64,000 nucleotides of DNA. Source: Candidatus Eremiobacteria bacterium (GTDB taxonomy: Bacteria; Vulcanimicrobiota; Vulcanimicrobiia; Vulcanimicrobiales; Vulcanimicrobiaceae). Location: NCBI GenBank assembly GCA_963737065.1, contig CAVTRC010000001.1:960001-1024000 (forward strand), given 5' to 3'. Numbering within the stretch: position 1 is the stretch's first letter; each line of letters opens with the position of its first letter. Under the pieces are notes generated by a model. That model searched no databases, was not told the DNA's origin, and saw only the letters and a list, made by a program, of their open reading frames with translations. A program made the translations under genes and the position numbers. Positions 38,071 to 47,401 of the stretch are shown here, one piece after another.

Positions 38071-38658
38071 CTACGAGCCTCGCGAAGCTCGGCGCGAGCC
38101 CGGGTCGGTGAGCGGTTCGCCCGCTGTGCATTGCGGGCATTGCTCCGGATCGAACGAATCGATCGGAAGCTTCAGCAACGCGTGCGTCGGGACGCCGAAA
38201 TCTGCTTCACCGCGTTCAACGATCAGGCCGACACCGATGACGTGCGCGCCGTACGATCGAACGACGTCCATGACTTCGCGCACCGACATGCCGGTCGTCA
38301 CGACGTCTTCGACGACGAGTACACGATCGGCCGGCGCAAGTTGAAAACTGCGGCGAAGTTTCGCAACGCCGCCGTCTTTTTCTACGAAGATTCCGTTCGT
38401 GCGCAATTGACGCGCAACTTCATAGCCGAGCACGATGCCGCCGACCGCTGCACTGACGACTACGGTTGGATGCGCGTCGCGGAATGCATCCGCAATCCGG
38501 CGCGCGACGTGCTCGACGAGCGGCGGGCTCTCGAGGATTCGAAATTTCTGGATGAACTTGTTGCTGTGGCGGCCGGAACTCAACCGAAAATGACCTTCCA
38601 GCAACGCACCGCGTTCGTGAAGCGCCGAATTGAGGTCGAAATCAGACGTGATCGGCAT
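38071..38658 (-). CDS. pyrE: Orotate phosphoribosyltransferase
   Basis: GHFRLSSGRHS, VVEDVVTTG PRPP-binding motif; pyr operon context. Confidence 0.95.
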   Translation of the reverse strand: MPITSDFDLNSALHERGALLEGHFRLSSGRHSNKFIQKFRILESPPLVEHVARRIADAFRDAHPTVVVSAAVGGIVLGYEVARQLRTNGIFVEKDGGVAKLRRSFQLAPADRVLVVEDVVTTGMSVREVMDVVRSYGAHVIGVGLIVERGEADFGVPTHALLKLPIDSFDPEQCPQCTAGEPLTDPGSRRASRGS

Positions 38659-39361
38659 GCGCGTGCATCTCGTCAAGGATCGCGCGCGCGGCTTCAAGCG
38701 GCGCGGGCGCTTGCGTGATGGGGCGTCCCACAACGAGGTAATCCGCGCCCGCTTCGACCGCCATCGCGGGCGTCATCACGCGCTTTTGGTCGCCGTGCGC
38801 GGCGCCGCTCGGACGAATTCCCGGCGTAAGCGTGAGGAAATCGTCGCCGAAGAAGCTCTTCAAATCGCGCGCTTCGTGCGCGCTGCAAACGACGCCGTCG
38901 CATCCCGAGTCACGCGCGAGCGCGGAAAGTCTCGTAACGTTCTGGCCCGGCCCGCCCTGCAGGCCGAGTTCGCCGAGCTCGACCGCGGCGTGGCTCGTGA
39001 GAATCGTCACGGCGAAGATATGCGGAACCGGCAAACCAAGCTCGCTCGCGCGCTCGTCCGCTGCTTCCACGGCGGCGCGCATCATGTCGATTCCGCCCAG
39101 CGCATGAACGTCGACGATGTGCGCGCCGGGACGGACGAGGCCTTTGATGGCGGCGGCGACGGTGCGGGGAATGTCGTGCAGCTTGGCGTCGGCAAAGTAA
39201 CGCACGTCGCGCGCTTCGCAGTAGGAGAATATGCGCTCGGGATATCCGTAGAGCGACTCCATGCCGATTTTGAAGATGACGTCGAGTTCGTAGAGCTCAT
39301 CGATCAACCGTTCGGCTTCGTCGGCATCCGGAACGTCCAATGCAACGATTAGTTGAGCCAT
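38642..39361 (-). CDS. pyrF: Orotidine-5'-phosphate decarboxylase
   Basis: LIVALD, DAKLHDIPRT, TPGIRP, DQKR, VVGRPI. Confidence 0.97.
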   Translation of the reverse strand: MAQLIVALDVPDADEAERLIDELYELDVIFKIGMESLYGYPERIFSYCEARDVRYFADAKLHDIPRTVAAAIKGLVRPGAHIVDVHALGGIDMMRAAVEAADERASELGLPVPHIFAVTILTSHAAVELGELGLQGGPGQNVTRLSALARDSGCDGVVCSAHEARDLKSFFGDDFLTLTPGIRPSGAAHGDQKRVMTPAMAVEAGADYLVVGRPITQAPAPLEAARAILDEMHAHADHV

Positions 39362-39380
39362 GGAAGCCTTTCTGCTCCAG

Positions 39381-40346
39381 CTAACCTTCGTCTCCTTCGT
39401 ATTGGTACGCATTCGCGAAGCCGACGTTTGCTTTGCCGACGATCTGCTGCAAGCTGCGCAGTCCGCGCTTCGCGAGATACGCGCGCAGTTCGTCGACGAT
39501 ACGAAGCGGCACGCGCGGGTCGGTGAAATTCGCCGTCCCAATCGAGATTGCGGTCGCACCCGCGAGGAAAAACTCGAGCGCATCGCTCGTCGTTTCGATT
39601 CCGCCCTGGCCGATAATCGGAATCGTCACGGCGCGCGCCACTTCATACACTGCAAGAACCGCGATCGGGCGAATCGCCGGACCGGACAAACCGCCGGTCA
39701 CATTCCCGAGACGCGGACGCCACGCGTCGACGTCGATCGCCATGCCGCGTACCGTATTGATCACCGCGAGCGCATCCGCGCCGGCGCGTTCCGCTTCACG
39801 CGCGATCGACGCGATGTCGGTGACGTTCGGCGAAAGCTTGACGATCAGCACCTTATCGGTCGTGGCGCGCGCCGCGCGGACGACCTTCGCGGTGAGTTTC
39901 GGATCGCACGCGAAGGTCTCGCCCTCGCTTGCCACGTTGGGGCACGAGATGTTCAATTCGATTGCTTTGATCTCGCTGCGCGCAGCGAGCTTCTCGCACG
40001 TATACGCGTAGTCATCGACCGAAAAACCGGCCACGCTGCCGATGATCGCGCACGGACGTTGCGCGAACTTCGCAACGTCGCGTTCCAGATACCACTCGAT
40101 CCCCGGATTCTGTAGCCCGATCGCGTTCAGCATCCCCGCAGGCGTATGAACCAGACGAGGCGTCGGGTTACCGAGACGCGGCCGTCGCGTCACGCTCTTC
40201 AAAACCACGGCACCGATTTGCGAAAGATCGACGAACGGTACAAACTCTTCACCGGAACCGTAACATCCGCTTCCCATCAACGTGGGATACGCCAGTTCAA
40301 GCTTTCCGAGCGCAACGGAAACATCGATCGCGTGCGTCGTGATCAT
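39381..40346 (-). CDS. pyrD: Dihydroorotate dehydrogenase family 1B catalytic subunit
   Basis: NAIGLQNPG, ELNISCPN, KLSPNVTD, GGLSGPAI. Confidence 0.96.
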   Translation of the reverse strand: MITTHAIDVSVALGKLELAYPTLMGSGCYGSGEEFVPFVDLSQIGAVVLKSVTRRPRLGNPTPRLVHTPAGMLNAIGLQNPGIEWYLERDVAKFAQRPCAIIGSVAGFSVDDYAYTCEKLAARSEIKAIELNISCPNVASEGETFACDPKLTAKVVRAARATTDKVLIVKLSPNVTDIASIAREAERAGADALAVINTVRGMAIDVDAWRPRLGNVTGGLSGPAIRPIAVLAVYEVARAVTIPIIGQGGIETTSDALEFFLAGATAISIGTANFTDPRVPLRIVDELRAYLAKRGLRSLQQIVGKANVGFANAYQYEGDEG

Positions 40347-40350
40347 TGCT

Positions 40351-41175
40351 TCACCATCTCAACTCGTGTGCCCAAAAGACCGGGCCTTCTTTACACACGC
40401 GCGCATAAACGACGTCACTGCCGTTGCGCTCCGCGGGCGGAAAACTCGGCGCTTGGGCCGACGTGTTCACGATGGGCACGACACATCCCCAGCACCCGCC
40501 GACGCCACATGCGAATGTTTCTTCCAATGACAACTGCGCCGCAACGTTCATGTCGCTTGCAACGCTTGCAACGGCGCGCAACATCGGCGTCGGCCCGCAC
40601 GCCAGAACGACGTCCGGCGGACGGCGTGTTTGCGCGAGCAACGCGGTGACGTAACCGTTGTATCCCATGCTGCCGTCATCGGTTGCGAGCGACACTTCGC
40701 AGCCTTCTTGCGCGAAGCGATCGCGCTCGGCGAGCAATTCAGCGGTGCGCGCACCGTAGTACAATCGGACGCGCGCTCCGGCCCGAAGATACGCTTGCGC
40801 GGGCAGCAACACTGACGCGATGCCGACGCCGCCGGCTACGATTCCAACGTCGCGCTCGCTTCCGATCGTAAAACCGTTGCCGAGCGGGCCCACGACGGTG
40901 ATGCCGTCGCCTTCAGAAATTCTTGATAATTCCTGAGTACGTTTGCCAACGACGAAAAACAAAATGCTCGCCCGACGCCCGTCCGCTTCGTAGACAGCAA
41001 GTGCGGTTGCCGCGCTTTCGCCGCTCGGCGGAACGACCATAACAAACGACCCGGGACGGGTCACAGCAACGAGATCCGGCGCGTCAAATCCAAATAAGAC
41101 GACGCCGGGCGCAACCTCTCGTCGATCCGTCACTACCGCGTTATGGACGGTAGCGAGCGGCGAAACGATGGGCAT
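40351..41175 (-). CDS. pyrK: Dihydroorotate dehydrogenase electron-transfer subunit
   Basis: GPLGNGF, GGVGIA, CGPTPML, ACGVGGCWGC...CKEGPVF [2Fe-2S] motif. Confidence 0.92.
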   Translation of the reverse strand: MPIVSPLATVHNAVVTDRREVAPGVVLFGFDAPDLVAVTRPGSFVMVVPPSGESAATALAVYEADGRRASILFFVVGKRTQELSRISEGDGITVVGPLGNGFTIGSERDVGIVAGGVGIASVLLPAQAYLRAGARVRLYYGARTAELLAERDRFAQEGCEVSLATDDGSMGYNGYVTALLAQTRRPPDVVLACGPTPMLRAVASVASDMNVAAQLSLEETFACGVGGCWGCVVPIVNTSAQAPSFPPAERNGSDVVYARVCKEGPVFWAHELRW

Positions 41176-41293
41176 AATAGTGAAGACGTTCTCCAAATTT
41201 TTAACAAAGTCCGGGGAATAGCACTGAACCTTCGCGCGACAAAAGCCGTTATACTTACTAGACAATCAAAAACGGGAAAGGAGGGTCCGCAGA

Positions 41294-41434
41294 ATGGCAG
41301 GTCTGATGGTATTCAAAACGTTAGCCGACGCACTGCGCGCCGGGTATCAAGTCTACGACCGAACTGCGGACGGCTATCTCGTGCGAACGAGAACTGCAGC
41401 GGGCTGGGCGATCGCACTCGTCAACTGCAGGTAA
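41294..41434 (+). CDS. 46-aa small protein MAGLMVFKTLADALRAGYQVYDRTADGYLVRTRTAAGWAIALVNCR
   Basis: Strong AAAGGAGG SD, own terminator, folded alpha/beta-like pattern; missed by the ORF track. Confidence 0.8.
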   Translation: MAGLMVFKTLADALRAGYQVYDRTADGYLVRTRTAAGWAIALVNCR

Positions 41435-41504
41435 CCTCTTTCCCCGCGACGTCACACGCGACGAGCTAACCTCCGAGAAGCATCCAAACCTCTAGCAGCA
41501 GCAG

Positions 41505-41532
41505 AAAAGCCGGTTCCAACGAACCGGCTTTT
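41505..41532. terminator. Bidirectional intrinsic terminator
   Basis: AAAAGCCGGTTC-CAAC-GAACCGGCTTTT between convergent genes. Confidence 0.85.
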
Positions 41533-41570
41533 GTGTTTCTTCTCGTGCTTGAAAAGTCGCAATAGATGCG

Positions 41571-42200
41571 CTAGCGTGCGTCGGGCGGTTGCGCCGGTTT
41601 CTCGATCTCCGGCGTGGGCCCTGGACGCCAGCCGCCGTACGAGGCGGACGATGGCGGCGGCGAATTCGGCGGAACGTCTGCTGCAGGCGGCGGTTGCGCC
41701 GTGAACGGAGACTGCGACGTGGGTCCCGGTGCGCCCATTTGCATCCCGGGAAAACGCGCGCCGTTCAGCAGAGCATTGATAATCTGCGCGATTCCGACAA
41801 ACATCGGAATGAGTCCGCCGAGCAGCCACGGGCCAAAATCCATGCGCCCGTCACCGCGATAGCCGATGAACGAAAGACCGATGAGAAGTGCAAAGCCGAC
41901 CATGGTCACCATGATGCCTTTGCGCATCTGGCTCTGCGCGTAAAAGCGATCGTCATAGTAAGCGCCGGGCGGCGTCGGAACCGGCCCGCGTCCGGGTCCG
42001 GGCGGCGGCGGAATCGGGCCGGTTTGCCAGCCGCGCCGGTTCATGTCGCGATAGAGACGCGAATCCGGCGGCGGCATCATGCCGCGTCGAATCATCTCGA
42101 TCCGCTCCTGATGCGCCAACACGCGCGAAACGATCCACGCGGCGACGGGTGCACCGAAGAGAAACACGATCCCAAAGAGTGGGACCAGTTGATCTGCCAT
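41571..42200 (-). CDS. Pro-rich three-TM membrane protein (DUF6249-like)
   Basis: TM-HQERIEMIRRG, then KGIMVTMVGFAL...GLIPMFVGIA. Confidence 0.8.
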   Translation of the reverse strand: MADQLVPLFGIVFLFGAPVAAWIVSRVLAHQERIEMIRRGMMPPPDSRLYRDMNRRGWQTGPIPPPPGPGRGPVPTPPGAYYDDRFYAQSQMRKGIMVTMVGFALLIGLSFIGYRGDGRMDFGPWLLGGLIPMFVGIAQIINALLNGARFPGMQMGAPGPTSQSPFTAQPPPAADVPPNSPPPSSASYGGWRPGPTPEIEKPAQPPDAR

Positions 42201-42202
42201 GA

Positions 42203-43111
42203 CTAAAGGGCTCCGTTCGTGGTGATGTGGACCGATCCGTCTTCACTGCGGACGCGCATCGATGCGCTGCCCGCTCCGACGCGAATCGGCTGACCGCTTT
42301 GCTCGCTGCCGTCGACGACGACATGGCCGTCACCGGTTGACGCGTCGACGCTCGCATCCGAGCCTCTGAGCAAGCTCAATTCAATGCGCCCGTCCGCGGT
42401 GGTAAATGCATAACTGCCGGCCGGAAATGTACCGCTGATGTGCATCGATCCGTCGTCGGTATGCAGCGTCGCGCGCGGCGCAGCACCGGTCATTTGAATC
42501 TGCGATGCAAGAATACGGCCGTCTCTCGTGGTCGCGTCGAGGGAATTCGTATCGATATTACTCAACACGACCCGTCCGTCGTCGCTGTGCGCCGTGATCG
42601 CGCCTTTGATATCGCTGAGCGAAATGTGCCCGTCTTGCGACACGACGTCCACGCCGTTTTGCAATCCGCTGACATCATCACCGCCGCTGCGCGCGATTTT
42701 CAATTGCGTCATCGGCGGGATCGAAAGCTCGACGCGATTGGTCGTGTCGCCGATCGTAAAATGCCCCGCGGGACGATAGACGCGAACGCCGTCGAGCGTG
42801 CGCGTCACCTGCAGCACTTGCGCGTGCTGGGAGCCGAAAATCAGTCCGTGCACTTCGGTGCGATCGGTCACGTGTACGAGTCCGTCGCTCGACGGAGTAA
42901 CGACGACGTGTGAATCAACGTCGTCGATGGTCACGACGGGTGCTGGTCCCGCAGCAATCGGAGCGATCGGCGGGGCGCTATAATCCACGGCGTGGAAACC
43001 GCCGGCGGACGCAAAGCCCGCACCGCGAAGCGTGTACAGGGCCAAACCCGCGATCACGATCTCGACGGCGACGAGCAGCGAGATCAATCCCGTGCGCGAT
43101 GGGCGTTCCAT
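42203..43111 (-). CDS. DUF4097 beta-strand-repeat membrane-anchored protein
   Basis: N-terminal TM; repeated S/T-x-D-G-x-I/V units. Confidence 0.82.
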   Translation of the reverse strand: MERPSRTGLISLLVAVEIVIAGLALYTLRGAGFASAGGFHAVDYSAPPIAPIAAGPAPVVTIDDVDSHVVVTPSSDGLVHVTDRTEVHGLIFGSQHAQVLQVTRTLDGVRVYRPAGHFTIGDTTNRVELSIPPMTQLKIARSGGDDVSGLQNGVDVVSQDGHISLSDIKGAITAHSDDGRVVLSNIDTNSLDATTRDGRILASQIQMTGAAPRATLHTDDGSMHISGTFPAGSYAFTTADGRIELSLLRGSDASVDASTGDGHVVVDGSEQSGQPIRVGAGSASMRVRSEDGSVHITTNGAL

Positions 43112-43119
43112 CACACGCA

Positions 43120-43227
43120 TCAGATGCGCGGACCCCATCCCTGGAACGTCGGGCGCAGGTCCCGTTCAGTTCCTTCGACGAGTACCGCCTTCGGGAGTGT
43201 TTTGTTCAGCTTGACCGTCGTGAGCAT
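43120..43227 (-). CDS. Possible 35-aa peptide MLTTVKLNKTLPKAVLVEGTERDLRPTFQGWGPRI, first ORF after the ECF promoter
   Basis: Fills the leader between the promoter and the DUF4097 gene; GGAGG upstream but rather distant. Confidence 0.4.
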   Translation of the reverse strand: MLTTVKLNKTLPKAVLVEGTERDLRPTFQGWGPRI

Positions 43228-43267
43228 CGTGTCTGTTTTCGGCCTCCGTTGTTGTGCCTGTCTCACG

Positions 43268-43293
43268 TACGGTTGGCGACCCCGCTTGTTTCA
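43268..43293 (-). promoter_or_regulatory. SigW-type ECF promoter TGAAAC-N16-CGTA (leftward)
   Basis: Exact match to the B. subtilis SigW consensus, next to the ECF gene. Confidence 0.8.
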
Positions 43294-43303
43294 GGATCAC
43301 GTA

Positions 43304-43330
43304 CGAAACACAGGGCACGTTCGCTCCGTA
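43304..43330 (+). promoter_or_regulatory. SigW-type ECF promoter CGAAAC-N17-CGTA (rightward, autoregulatory)
   Basis: GAAAC/CGTA boxes directly upstream of the ECF sigma gene. Confidence 0.7.
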
Positions 43331-43377
43331 CATGGAGCGTGTCGGCAGTGCTTGCGGAGGTGCCTCGGATAGAACCG

Positions 43378-43926
43378 ATGCACGCGGGGCCCGAGGACGG
43401 CGAACTCGTTGCGATGACGCTCGGCGGCAACCCCGAGGGCTTCGCCACGCTCGTCGAGCGGTACGACCGGGCGGTGTATCACCTCTGCTACCGGACGCTG
43501 CACAACGTCGAAGAGGCGCGTGACGCGACCCAGGAGGCGTTTTTTAAGGCCTACCGGTCGCTGCGAACGTTCAAGCCGGGTGCCAAATTCTCGACGTGGA
43601 TTTTTGCGATCGCCTACCATGCGTGTTGCGACCGGCTCAACCGGAACAAACGCTACAGCAACGAGGAGATGCCGGAACGCGCCGATCCCGGGCCGGGGCC
43701 CGAACGCGAAGCGATCGCGCTCGACGAAGCGCGTCGGCTGCGCGCCGCCATCGACGCGCTTCCCGAGAAGTACCGGACCGTCATCACGCTCTACCATCTG
43801 CAAGGAAAACAGTACGAAGAGATCGCCGAAGTGCTGGAACTGCCGATGGGAACGGTGAAAACTCATCTATTCCGGGCAAAGGAACAATTGCGCAAGCTCC
43901 TGAGCGCGGCGGAGGTAATGGAATGA
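43378..43926 (+). CDS. ECF RNA polymerase sigma factor (SigW-like)
   Basis: Region 2 DATQEAFFKAY...FSTWIFAIA; region 4 YEEIAEVLELPMGTVKTHLFRA; alternative GTG start at 43339. Confidence 0.95.
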   Translation: MHAGPEDGELVAMTLGGNPEGFATLVERYDRAVYHLCYRTLHNVEEARDATQEAFFKAYRSLRTFKPGAKFSTWIFAIAYHACCDRLNRNKRYSNEEMPERADPGPGPEREAIALDEARRLRAAIDALPEKYRTVITLYHLQGKQYEEIAEVLELPMGTVKTHLFRAKEQLRKLLSAAEVME

Positions 43927-44294
43927 AATACGATAGCGACGACATCCTCGACCGCGCGCTTTTTGCGCTGCCGCTGGAAGAGCCGCCCGCCGACCTCCGC
44001 GCGTCGATTCTCACCGCGACGGTCTATCGTCCAGCGCCGCTCTTCAAGCCATGGGAAATCGTGCTGCTCGGTGCCGTTGCCGCGGTTGCGACGTGGCTCG
44101 TCGCGCTCGTCGTCCTCGGCGGCGGAACGCTTTTCGTGCACTCGCTCGAAGCGATCGGTTCGGCGAGCGAAGATCTGCTTTTAAACCATTCGACGCTCGC
44201 GTGGATCGCTGCCGGCGGCGCGGTCGCGATTTGGCTGTCGATTTTCACCGGATTCCAACCTGCGCCAAGGGGCGTTGACGCGCGCCGTCGCTAA
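43923..44294 (+). CDS. Putative membrane anti-sigma factor (two TMs)
   Basis: ATGA overlap with the sigma gene; LPLEEPPADL motif followed by TMs. Confidence 0.72.
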   Translation: MKYDSDDILDRALFALPLEEPPADLRASILTATVYRPAPLFKPWEIVLLGAVAAVATWLVALVVLGGGTLFVHSLEAIGSASEDLLLNHSTLAWIAAGGAVAIWLSIFTGFQPAPRGVDARRR

Positions 44295-44305
44295 CTTCTT
44301 CCGGC

Positions 44306-44986
44306 ATGAACGAGCCGGCGAGCGCATACAAGGTGTTGATCGTTGAAGACGACGCGGCTATCAGCCGCGTGCTTCAACTTGAACTGGAACACGAAGGCTA
44401 CGAGGTCGACGTCGCCCACGACGGTCTGGAAGGGCTCGAAAAAGCGCTCAAAGAGCCGGACCTCGTGATTCTCGATTTGATGTTGCCGCGCATGGATGGC
44501 CTCGAACTCACGAAGCGCTTGCGCGCGAAGAGCAACGTGCCCGTCATCATGCTGACCGCGCGGGATCGCGTGCCGGACCGCGTCGCGGGCCTGGATCTCG
44601 GTGCGGACGATTACCTGACGAAGCCGTTTTCGACCGACGAGTTGCTCGCGCGCGTTCGCGCGCGTCTGCGTCAAAAGCATCCGACGAGCAACAAGATCGA
44701 ATATCGCGACGTCGTGATGGATCGCGACCGTCGCGAAGTGACCCGCGGCGGCAAACCGATCGCGCTGACCGCGAAAGAGTATGCGCTGCTCGAATACTTG
44801 CTGTTACATCGAAATAAAGTGCATACGCGCGACGAACTCTTCAACGGCGTCTGGGGCAGCGATTTCCTCGGTGATTCGAATTTGATCGATGTCTACGTTC
44901 GCTATCTGCGCGGCAAGATCGACGAAGGATTCGACGATAAGCTGATCACTACGGTGCGCGGCGTCGGCTACACGATCAAAGACTAG
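44306..44986 (+). CDS. OmpR-family response regulator
   Basis: VEDD, DLMLP, GADDYLTKPF, IDVYVRYLRGKI, TVRGVGY. Confidence 0.96.
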   Translation: MNEPASAYKVLIVEDDAAISRVLQLELEHEGYEVDVAHDGLEGLEKALKEPDLVILDLMLPRMDGLELTKRLRAKSNVPVIMLTARDRVPDRVAGLDLGADDYLTKPFSTDELLARVRARLRQKHPTSNKIEYRDVVMDRDRREVTRGGKPIALTAKEYALLEYLLLHRNKVHTRDELFNGVWGSDFLGDSNLIDVYVRYLRGKIDEGFDDKLITTVRGVGYTIKD

Positions 44987-44993
44987 CGCGCGT

Positions 44994-46421
44994 ATGTCGC
45001 GTCTTTCGCTGAAGTGGCGAATTGCGGCGGCTTACGCGCTGCTGCTCATCGTCGTGCTCGCGGGTATGAGCGGCGTCATCGCGTGGCGCTTGCAATCGAT
45101 TCTCTTCGATGAGGCGCGCGCGCGCATCGACACGACGATGTCCGACATCGCGCAGCGCGTCGAAGCGACCAATCCATTTGCGCTCGGCCCGTTCGCGCCG
45201 GAAACGTTCGATCAGCTCTTCAGCAGCGCAAACCTCACGTTGTGGGAATCTCCCACGACGTTCATTCAAGTCGATAACGTTGCGGGCTATCCCATCGCGC
45301 GCACGCCGAATCTCGGCTCAACGAATATTCCGCCCAACCGGGCGATCGTCGCGGGACACGACTCGGAGTTTCGCACGCTGGTATTGAACGGGCGGCCGTT
45401 CTTGGTGGAAGACCGGCTCTTTCACGCCGGAAACGCGGCCGCGATCGTTCACGTCGCTGAGCCGCTCGATGCGCTTTATCGTACATTTCAGCAAGGCCGC
45501 CAGGCGATCGTGTTGATCCTACTTGCCGGCGCGGTCGCGGTCGTGGTCCTTTCCTTTATGCTTGCGGCGCAGGCGATCGGACCGATCACCGCGTTGTCGC
45601 AAGCGATGCGCGAAGTCGGATCCGAGCGGCTCGACGTACGGCTGGCGACGCATCGACACGATGAAATCGGAGAGCTCACGGCGAGCTTCAACGATTTGCT
45701 GGCGCGTCTCGAAGAGGCGTTTGCGCGCGAGCGGCAGTTCATCTCGGATGCATCACACGAATTGAAGACGCCGCTCACATCGATCAACGCAAACGCACAA
45801 TTATTGATGCGCTGGGGCGATCGCGACGAAGCGGTGCGGCGTGAAAGCCTCGAAACGATCGCGCGCGAGAGCGCCGCGCTCGCCGATATGGTGAACGGGA
45901 TGTTGACGCTCGCGAAAGCCGATCGTGGAGATGACGTGCCGAAAGAGCCGCTCTCACTTGCCATGGTGGCCGCAGAAGCAGTCCGCGGCGCGGCGCAGCG
46001 CGCAAGCGAAAACGGGCTGGCGCTCGAATTCGATCGTCCCGAACACTCGCCGCTTGTCGAGGGAAGCGAGCATTTATTGCGCCAGTTGATCGGCAACCTG
46101 ATCGACAATGCGATCAAATTCACGCCGTCCGGCAGCGTGAGCGTTCGCGTCGGCCGTAACGGGCACAACGCTTGGGTCGAAGTCGCAGACACCGGCCCCG
46201 GAATCGTCGACGCCGAAGTGGGCGCGGTCTTCGAGCGCTTTTATCGGTCGGACCGTTCGCATTCACGGAACGTACCGGGCACCGGTCTCGGTCTCGCGAT
46301 CGTCCGCTCGATCGCGCGCGTGCATGGAGGCACGGTCGTCGCGGCGCGTGCGCCGGAAGGCGGCGCGCTGTTTCGCGTGGAGCTCCCGGCTATCGACGAA
46401 TCGCTCACCGAGTCCTCATGA
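44994..46421 (+). CDS. HAMP-domain sensor histidine kinase
   Basis: Two TMs, HAMP, SHELKTPL H-box, NLIDNAIKF, DTGPGI, GTGLGLAI. Confidence 0.96.
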   Translation: MSRLSLKWRIAAAYALLLIVVLAGMSGVIAWRLQSILFDEARARIDTTMSDIAQRVEATNPFALGPFAPETFDQLFSSANLTLWESPTTFIQVDNVAGYPIARTPNLGSTNIPPNRAIVAGHDSEFRTLVLNGRPFLVEDRLFHAGNAAAIVHVAEPLDALYRTFQQGRQAIVLILLAGAVAVVVLSFMLAAQAIGPITALSQAMREVGSERLDVRLATHRHDEIGELTASFNDLLARLEEAFARERQFISDASHELKTPLTSINANAQLLMRWGDRDEAVRRESLETIARESAALADMVNGMLTLAKADRGDDVPKEPLSLAMVAAEAVRGAAQRASENGLALEFDRPEHSPLVEGSEHLLRQLIGNLIDNAIKFTPSGSVSVRVGRNGHNAWVEVADTGPGIVDAEVGAVFERFYRSDRSHSRNVPGTGLGLAIVRSIARVHGGTVVAARAPEGGALFRVELPAIDESLTESS

Positions 46422-46453
46422 TGGGCCCGCGCGGGCGAACGTACAATCGCATC

Positions 46454-47401
46454 GTGGGGTTACACCGATGGCGGCGGGAGCTTGCGGGCATCCTGTTCGT
46501 TTTTCTGTTGGCGGCGACGATCGCGGGGCGCGCGGATGCTGATACGCAGAGCATTGCGACGTCGGGTGCACCGGTCGTCTTCGCGCAGCTTCAGGCCGGG
46601 ATCGTCACCGTTCGGACGTGGAACCGCACCGACGTGCAGATCGAAGCCGATCCGACGATCGACGTTCACCATGTCGATCGAGTTCCGGCCAACCGGTCGG
46701 CGGCGTTTACGTTCTTCGCGCAAACCGTCGAGACGCCCGACGGTCCGCTCGTTTTGCCGCCTGAGCCGTTCTTGATTCAGCCGCTCGATGCGTCGCCGCA
46801 CGACGCTGTCGCATTCAGTGGGTACGGGAATTTGACGCTCACGGTTCCGAGCGGATCGCCGTTGCTCGTGATGCACGTCGGACGAGGTGAAGTATTGATC
46901 GACGGCTATCATGGCGGCACGTTCTTTACGACTGTGCGTGCCGGTTTATTGCGGCTGAACGATGTCAGCGGCACGGGAGGTTTCCAAGTGAACAATGGTC
47001 CCGCGATCGTTCGTAATTCCACGTTCGATCGCGTGCGCGCGCGCACGGGACGCGGCAACATGTTTTTCGAGAATTGCACCGCGCGGCAAATTGAAGCGAC
47101 CAGCTTGACCGGGTCGATCGTCTACGACAACGGCAGCTTTCAACCCGGACTTGCGCGCTTCGAAAGCGAGCGCGGGAACATCGCGCTCGGCATCGCGCGC
47201 GGCGGCGCACAGATCGACGCGCACAGCGGCGACGGCCGCGTCCTTTCCGAAGGATCGTTTCAATCCGGTCCCGTCGTTACCGCAACGACCGTGCGCGGCG
47301 CAGTTATCTATTACAACGGGTCGATTCGCTCGCACCCGAAGCTTCGGCGAGCATTTCCGATGCGCATGAAGCCGCCAAAGCCCGTGCGGACGCCGCGCTA
47401 G
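46454..47401 (+). CDS. Secreted DUF4097-like beta-repeat protein
   Basis: Signal peptide; beta-solenoid-type repeats; TACAAT 6 nt before the GTG (alternative ATG at 46418). Confidence 0.72.
   Translation: MGLHRWRRELAGILFVFLLAATIAGRADADTQSIATSGAPVVFAQLQAGIVTVRTWNRTDVQIEADPTIDVHHVDRVPANRSAAFTFFAQTVETPDGPLVLPPEPFLIQPLDASPHDAVAFSGYGNLTLTVPSGSPLLVMHVGRGEVLIDGYHGGTFFTTVRAGLLRLNDVSGTGGFQVNNGPAIVRNSTFDRVRARTGRGNMFFENCTARQIEATSLTGSIVYDNGSFQPGLARFESERGNIALGIARGGAQIDAHSGDGRVLSEGSFQSGPVVTATTVRGAVIYYNGSIRSHPKLRRAFPMRMKPPKPVRTPR

Noticed and set aside
41176..41293. PyrR attenuator upstream of the pyr operon
   Set aside because: No PyrR-binding loop consensus or terminator/antiterminator seen; the gap is short and shared with a divergent gene
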